Shown here in pieces: positions 57,469 to 64,000 of a DNA stretch of 64,000 nucleotides. How positions within the stretch are numbered: position 1 is the stretch's first letter; each line of letters opens with the position of its first letter. The notes below the pieces were generated by a model. It was given only the letters and a program-made list of their open reading frames with translations. It had not been told where the DNA came from and searched no databases. The translations under genes and the position numbers were made by a program. The stretch lies in contig JANHCV010000011.1 of the NCBI GenBank assembly GCA_025594325.1, positions 620,001-684,000 on the forward strand. Reading direction: 5' to 3'. This stretch comes from Blastocladiella emersonii ATCC 22665 (taxonomy: Eukaryota; Fungi; Blastocladiomycota).

Positions 57469-60400
57469 TGGATTGCGGACAGCGCAATGAATGTTATTGG
57501 GCGTCCACATTTTTGGTGGGGAGGGAGGAACAGCGGTGAGCGACAGCGAGGTGAAAAATAATCGGGGCGAGGCTTAGGTGAGTTTTGTGCGGTGCGGCGG
57601 CGCCTGTTTCAAGAAGCTAAGTCCGGGGACGCTGGTGTGCCAAACCCCGGTCGGCTATGGGTTAACCCATAGAATCCTTCCTATTTGCGCTAAGTTTACG
57701 TCTTGTTGCGCGATTCGAGCGCCGCGCCAAACCCGTAACACAGGCACCACCAGCCGCTGACGAGCCGCGCCTGTCGCTCCCAGCGCATCAGAAGTCATGT
57801 CCGCTTTTGATTTGACCGCCGGCAGCTTCATCTAGTTGATAGGACCGCTCGCCAAGTTGGAGACCCGCCCTTGAGTGACGAACAGAATGTCGCCTACTGA
57901 TCCATGACTCTACCATGAAGCTGGAAATGTTCACGTCGCGTTTCAATTCTAAAAGCGTCGCGTGGCAGATAGTGAAGCTCGATCACGCGGTGTTACATGT
58001 TACTAGCGTCAGAAGCAGCTTGAGTATGGCCGTTCCGCGACCATGTGTTCAAGCAAAGAAATAGCACCCTTCGCAGCTCTCTGAAGTGGCCTTCAATGCG
58101 TTTCAAACGCTCAATCGCACCGACTGGATCGCATGCACCTCATTCAAGTCTGGAGGAATTTACAGCGTACCGGTTCTGCGTCGTGGACGTTCTTCATTGG
58201 TTGAGCGACCATCCCGCGCGCGCTCTCCAAAGCGCGGACTTACTTGTGAGCACGCCCAGTACCAGGGCTCACCAGCTTTAATAGAGGCTGGCAGTTGTTG
58301 TACTTTCGTGCTAGCAGAAACGGTCCTTCACTCACTCGCTCTCGTCAACTTGTACGAATTAAGCCAGTATGCGACCACGTGCAGACAGTTGTTGGAGGAA
58401 TTGGAACTCTTCTTCGCCGCTTGGCGTGCCGCGCCAGTAGGCGCCCAGCTAGTAAGCTCGATCCGCAAGCGCAATCCGCAACAGCGTGCGTGCCACAAAC
58501 CCCTTCAGGCGAACATGGGTTTCACCCTCTGTAAACTGCAATCCCGGCCAGGAAACCAGGTTTATCTACCAAAGTAAAGGTATTTTACCAGCTTGTAACC
58601 AAGGTTTGTCGCCTGGGGAAAGCCTGTTTACCCGCTGGGTTGGGTGCTGTACTCGTTTTGTGACCAACTGAATTCAAACATTGTCTATTGTTCCCGTGCT
58701 CCTCTGAACGCGAAATATATTTTTGCATGCGAAATCCTACGCGCTGCTGTGGTGAATCGACTTTCGAGGTTAGCTTCCTGAATCCACCCCAGCCGGGCGT
58801 TAGCATTGAGAATCCGAACTCCATTTTTTTCTCGACACCCGGCTCCCAACCACCCCAACACTCAAACATATCATTTGCATCTCTCAGTACGGCCAGTTTA
58901 TTGCCGTCGAGAACAGCGCAATCGACTGAAGCGTTGTGGTGACAAGTCCAACTTTCTCCAAGGGCAACTTCAACCACCACGACCACCAGCGAGAAATCCC
59001 CTTGACCTCCCCCATCACACTCATGTATCGCATTCCCCAGAAATATTAATTTGCGATTTTGAACCTCGCCCGACCCGGCCCAAGAATTGAGTGCAAATTT
59101 GCAGCTGGCCGCACAATTTGAGATCCGCGATTTCCAATGAAGCCTTGGTGTCTTAACTGTTTAGTTGCCCTTCACCTCCTGCCACCCTCACCTTCCTGCA
59201 CGCTAGAACATAATATGCTCACTTGTATCAAGGTACTTACTATCCTACGCCTGTGCCAAAACAGCCCCTGGATGGAAATGCAAGGTGCTCCTGTGCCTGT
59301 GCAAGCTCTGAGGCGTGCAGAAGCTTGCTCATTGCGGGACTCATAAACTCAATTAGGATATTCCCACTTGCAATGACAGGGCTCCCCAATGTCTATACAT
59401 GACGTGCATGATTTTGCGTCCATCTCGTCTGAGTTGCAGTTAAGTCGTACAGTATTGGGCTTGGAGGAGGTTGGTTACAGTGTGCAAACGACCAGAAGGA
59501 GAGAAGGCGCAAAAGAAAAAGACGCTGAGATAGATCAGGAGGGAGGAAACTAGGCATCTATTTAGGCAAAGGAGCAACAAGCAAAATACACATGTGGGAG
59601 AGGAGTGGAAACGCCCACCCAAGGTCAGAGATGGGCTGACAATCCCCAGCAAGGCATTCAGCCTGTGGTGTGATGGACATGGCGTGTGCAATTGCGTGCA
59701 CACACATGAGTGGCGCAACGCATCCCTTAGCCGGCCACACAGTTGCATGTGTACTTGAGCTACCTAACATACTTGGTTCTACATGCAGTTTTATTGTGCG
59801 CTACGTCAGTAGCCTGTATAAGCTACCTTCCTGCAAAGTTGCTGCCTTGCCTCCTCTAGATACATGAACGCCAGGTACCTTGTTGTTGTTGTGTTTTTTG
59901 TTTTCCTCAGATTGTAACACTTCTTTTGGAAGCATGTCAAGTGCAGGCAACGCCTGCAAGCACTAGCAGTGTGTTGCTGCATTGTCTTGTTTATAAACCC
60001 TGCAAACTGGCCTCAGTCAAAGTTGGCTACAACTTGCTTCTTGCGGCAGGCAAGCCTTGGTTGCGCCTGGCAAACCATGCACATATCACGTTAAGCCTTA
60101 AACACCAACAGAGTGCAGCTTCTGCAAACAGGGAAATCAAGCAATGTATGCCAAACTCAAACATTTCAACATGTTGGAGACAGCAAGCCTAGAGCAGTCT
60201 GTGCGTGCAATGTGACACAACGTTATTTCTTTTTGATAACACTGCAGCAAACTATGCAAGAAACTGTGCGTCCACATCAGTTGAAGTGGAGGGAGATTGG
60301 ATTGAAACGGGTGTGCCATGACACGGGTGTTATGCTCCAATTAATCAATCAGCTTGTGACGCAGTGCGCAGCACCACCAATTGGTTTGCTTTTTCGGTCC

Positions 60401-61111
60401 ATTGGGTGTCACTCAAGACACCGTTTTTGGGCTGAGAGGGTGCTGCGTGAGCAACAGCGCATGTTGCAGCCCCACCTGCGTGCAAGTCAGCTCCCCTATG
60501 CTGAGAAACGCAGCTTAAGCGCCGGGAATTTTTTTGTTGAGTAAAATGAATGCTTGACAACCGTCTCATTACATAAAACCGCCATCTTCACACCTGATTG
60601 ATGCCAGGAGTAAAAATGCAGCAAGTTGATGGTGTAAAAAGTACTGCCACTTGCACAGTAACACCCTGCTCTCCTTGCAGCCGAAAAAAACGGGTTTTTG
60701 ATTGACACCCACTACAACGTTACATCAGGTGATTTCTAAATGCATGGGATATTACATGGGGTATCTGAGGCAAAGGGGAGGGGAGGGGCTAGATGGGAGG
60801 TATGCAGGGTGTGGCAGCATGTGGCTGATGCAGTGTCAAAGTACCACAGGCCAAGTCCCAGTTCAAGTCCCTGCCTGAAACCTTTGATAATTCTGCTAAT
60901 GTAAACACAAAGAGTTGGACACACAGCATGCTGGGTAATCTGACGTTTCGAGCCATACTTGGGTCAATGTACCTAAAAAATACAATCGGATTAAAGAGCG
61001 CAGCGAGACGCGAGTTGTGTTTGTGCACGCGGTTTTTATGGCACGGTGCGCAATGTTTCCAGCACTATAAGTGCAGCCGCGGCGAATGAACAGCACGAAG
61101 TCATTCAGGTT

Positions 61112-61183
61112 GGGGGTGTAGCTCAGTGGTAGAGCGCTCGCTTCGCATGCGAGAGGCCCCGAGTTCGATCCTCGGCTCCTCCA
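61112..61183 (+). tRNA. tRNA-Ala (CGC)
   Basis: 72-nt cloverleaf followed by a T6 terminator; mirror of 22551-22622. Confidence 0.95.
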
Positions 61184-61861
61184 CTTTTTTCCCAACAAAT
61201 TTTGATATCGTCAGTAATACGCTGCCGAATCGACACATACTTAGTGTTCGTAAGCTTATTGATCGTCATGACCTTGGACTAGCCACGCTGGTAAATATAT
61301 AGTTAGCGGAGAACAGTGCAGACCCAACTGCTGAACTAGCCTACATGCCCAATCCCGCCCTGGGGCTTGCCAGCTGGCCACCAGCTGGAACGAGCTCTCA
61401 GCCACTCCAGCTGGCTTCCAGATGGCTCCGGGCACTTCTCCAGCTGGCTGCCAGCTCCCGTTGCACGATTTTGAGCACTCACATAAAACGTTACAGAGGA
61501 CGCTGAACTCGTTCATGCAAAGTCAACTCTCGCTGCTGTGAAGCGGCTCTGAGCTGCGTTGCCTTGCTTGGCGTATTAGTTTTTGTCATCACCCTTATCA
61601 AAATCATGTGGGGCGCAAAGACTAATGTGAATACGTCACAAGTTGCTTCCCTCGTTGCGCTCTGCCATCGCTGGCCACAGCTGTGCTATCTTACCCTTCT
61701 CCATGGTTTCCAGTGCTCAAGCAGGGCCTAGGGAAACTAACACCAAAAACTCTTGAGAGCTGGTTGAAGTTCATTGAACGTGTGAGATTCCAACAGCCAG
61801 GTCGGCGCTGGCGCGTCTTGAGGGCTCGCCATGGCTGCGCTGCAGGAACCGTTCCGATTAA

Positions 61862-62899
61862 GGGCCCGTTTGGTTCAAAATGGCGTCAGAACGCCACGTC
61901 AGAGCAGAACCGTGACCCAAACGTCATCGCCTCATTTCATTCTCACACTCACTGAGAACGCTCGCTGCGACCCAGTGGAAGCGCCCGAGCTGCTTACTGC
62001 CTCAGTAATCATCGCTCACCTTCATACACTCGTTTTTCGTCACCATCAGTACTCGCATCAGCGAATGAAGCGAGGTACGCTCAGACACGGTCCCTGCGCT
62101 GAGTCTCGCTTCTATTCTCCATCTCCTCACCAGGAAGAACTCGTGCGCTCCTATTTGGGCCTTTAAACTACGTCGAGTACTCGGCAGACAAGGTGTTGAT
62201 GGTGTACGTGGTCGGTTCGTGGTCAGTGCTCACATGAACAACGCGGTCAGCAGTTTCACTCAACATCTCAGCACTTGCAACGTCGCGCGGGGAGCACAAG
62301 GTCTTTCACTTGTGACGCGGAATCGTCAACTATATATGTCCTTTGCGCATGTGGAGCGCACTGTCATCGCCAGAGACGCTGACTCTCTTGAGCTTGGGAG
62401 ACGCATCAGGTGTGCCATCAATCAGGTGATGGGGGCCATGGCGCACGCTCCGATTTGAGAGTAAACGTAGCGGACGCCGTGACAGCGGCATTGGACATAG
62501 CTTTTGTGCGCGAATGGGTGGTGCGCGGCCTAAAAGACGTTGGGGGGGGGGGGCAAGCGAAGCGCATCAGAGTGCAAGCTTCTGCACGGCAGTCCTGACA
62601 GGGACTGCTCTGAGACACAGTAAAAGTTGCGGAACCCGCTGGTGCGGCGAGTATATTTTTCCGGCGCGAGGGGAAGCAAGTATTGCGGGGAGAAGCGAGC
62701 GACAGAACGGTTCTGAGCGTTGTTTGGGACCTCCAGAGGTCCCAAACCGTTCAGGAGAAAATGAGCATAACCGGTCAGCCACGCGAGAATTGACCAAACA
62801 CTCACTCAGCCTCAGAACGAGTTCTGACGTCAGCCCCGTTCCGCCAGAATGAGAAAATGCGTGGCTGAATTGTCAGAACGCCGTGGACCAAACGGGCCC
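61862..62899. mobile_element. Non-autonomous PIF/Harbinger element (mirror copy)
   Basis: GGGCCCGTTTGGT TIRs with TAA/TAA TSD; mirror of 20836-21872. Confidence 0.85.
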
Positions 62900-64000
62900 T
62901 AATGACCGACCCAATCTTTCATGTTTCCTTTTGCACCACTCATAGCCGAACTTCAATAGGCAAAGTTTTAGGGAGTTTGAGTGCGCTGGCAATGAGAACG
63001 TCTCATGGAGGGTCTCACAGCTCAATGCGCCTCCCTTCTGCATGCGTGCGGGCCAATGTGCAGGCGCTGCAGCACGTTGGGCTATTTCGCGCGCTTCCTC
63101 CCTCAGGCAACCTCAACGACTTGAACCAAAACTTTGTAACTGCTGCAATAATTTCGAGATGTATACGTGAGGCCTGATCTTCATCTCAGCGCTGTGCCCT
63201 GGCCCAAAAGCTGGAATGAACTTGCAAGTACCCGTCTATCACGTTTGCATGCCTTCTGTTGCTTCAGCAAGCACATTATACATGAGCCAGAGAAATTTGA
63301 ATGAGGTTCCTTCGCTTAGAGAGCCGGTTTGCAAGACGTGCGTGGACTCATACACCAACTGGGATGAGGCGCCTGGTTCACCTTCTGCAGGGCCTTTGCC
63401 TGTGCGCCAACCACCAAGACGCAGGCCCTTTTCATGAACCTTAGCCCACACGCCAAGTACGTGATTGAAATGGCACCGCGTGTCTCGCACCACAACGCGT
63501 CTGCCTCGCCAACCCAGCGGCGACTCCTGGTCGCGAAAATTTAATCAAGGGTGAACAACGATGAGATCTATGAACTAACTGGTGCAAACATCTGAAGACG
63601 CGCGCCGCCGCAGCCACCGGTTGCGCTTGCCTCTAAGAGTAGTGCAAGCAGACACCTGTGTGAGCTGAGCTGCCCGCCAGCGAGCGTGCAAGCAGGGTCA
63701 GATCCATACAAGCGGGACAGTTACCGCAGACGGATTGCACCACGGCGCAGTCCTTGAGCGCCGGACGCGGCTTCAGGCGTGGGAGTTTTTGTGAGTGGGT
63801 CACCAGAACTCGCTGTTGCGTTCCTGGCGGAAACTCCTTGAGCTTCCGTTCCAAGCTGTGGGGAGCACTCGCTGCCGCTGCTTCCACTTGCCACAGTGCC
63901 AAGCTCACCTTCACATAACTAGCAACTCCGTGGCCGGCCAAAGGCAAGAGCGGGACATCTGCCTTGCACACATGGAGTGACCAACGCGCAGGCCCAAGAT

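Larger units (their letters stand above)
46243..64000. repeat. Right arm of giant inverted repeat (runs off the window)
   Basis: Reverse complement of 19735-37491. Differences seen: substitutions at 46277 and ~46384, and three 1-nt homopolymer length differences. Confidence 0.97.

Noticed and set aside
16051-61183. Possible codon-reassigning tRNAs
   Set aside because: Identity elements agree with the anticodons (Ala G3:U70, Cys U73, Thr G1-C72/C2-G71), and the genes translate normally with the standard code.
1-64000. CRISPR arrays, rRNA genes, telomeric repeats
   Set aside because: None seen; only isolated TTAGGG-like hexamers.

Overview
Eukaryotic genomic DNA. It is probably from a flagellated zoosporic fungus such as a Blastocladiomycota-like species; this is an inference from MNS1, 66-83 nt introns, very high GC3 and fungal-type chromoviruses. 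Bases 1-10.1 kb hold six tightly packed GC-rich genes: an NRDE2-like 3' end, an RGS-domain protein, an orphan, MNS1, LTN1 and RRP17/NOL12. From ~10.1 kb to the end I found no intact cellular protein gene, only decayed Helitron and LINE relics, PIF/Harbinger non-autonomous elements, a solo LTR and intact tRNA genes (Ala-CGC, Cys-GCA, Thr-CGT). The dominant structure is a giant, nearly perfect inverted repeat. The left arm (at least 19735-37491) is mirrored by the right arm (46243-64000, running off the window). The arms flank an 8.75-kb unique core made entirely of two nested Ty3/gypsy chromoviruses: an intact 5291-bp element inserted with a GGTAC target-site duplication into the integrase of an older relative. 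All intact tRNAs point away from the core. This layout (tRNA-bearing inverted arms around a central core in a gene desert) resembles fission-yeast/Komagataella regional centromeres and is the top hypothesis; an assembly fold-back artefact must be excluded. The retroelements show a Tf1-type self-priming PBS, a GGGAAAC -1 frameshift site with a conserved predicted pseudoknot, and CpG-focused mutational decay.
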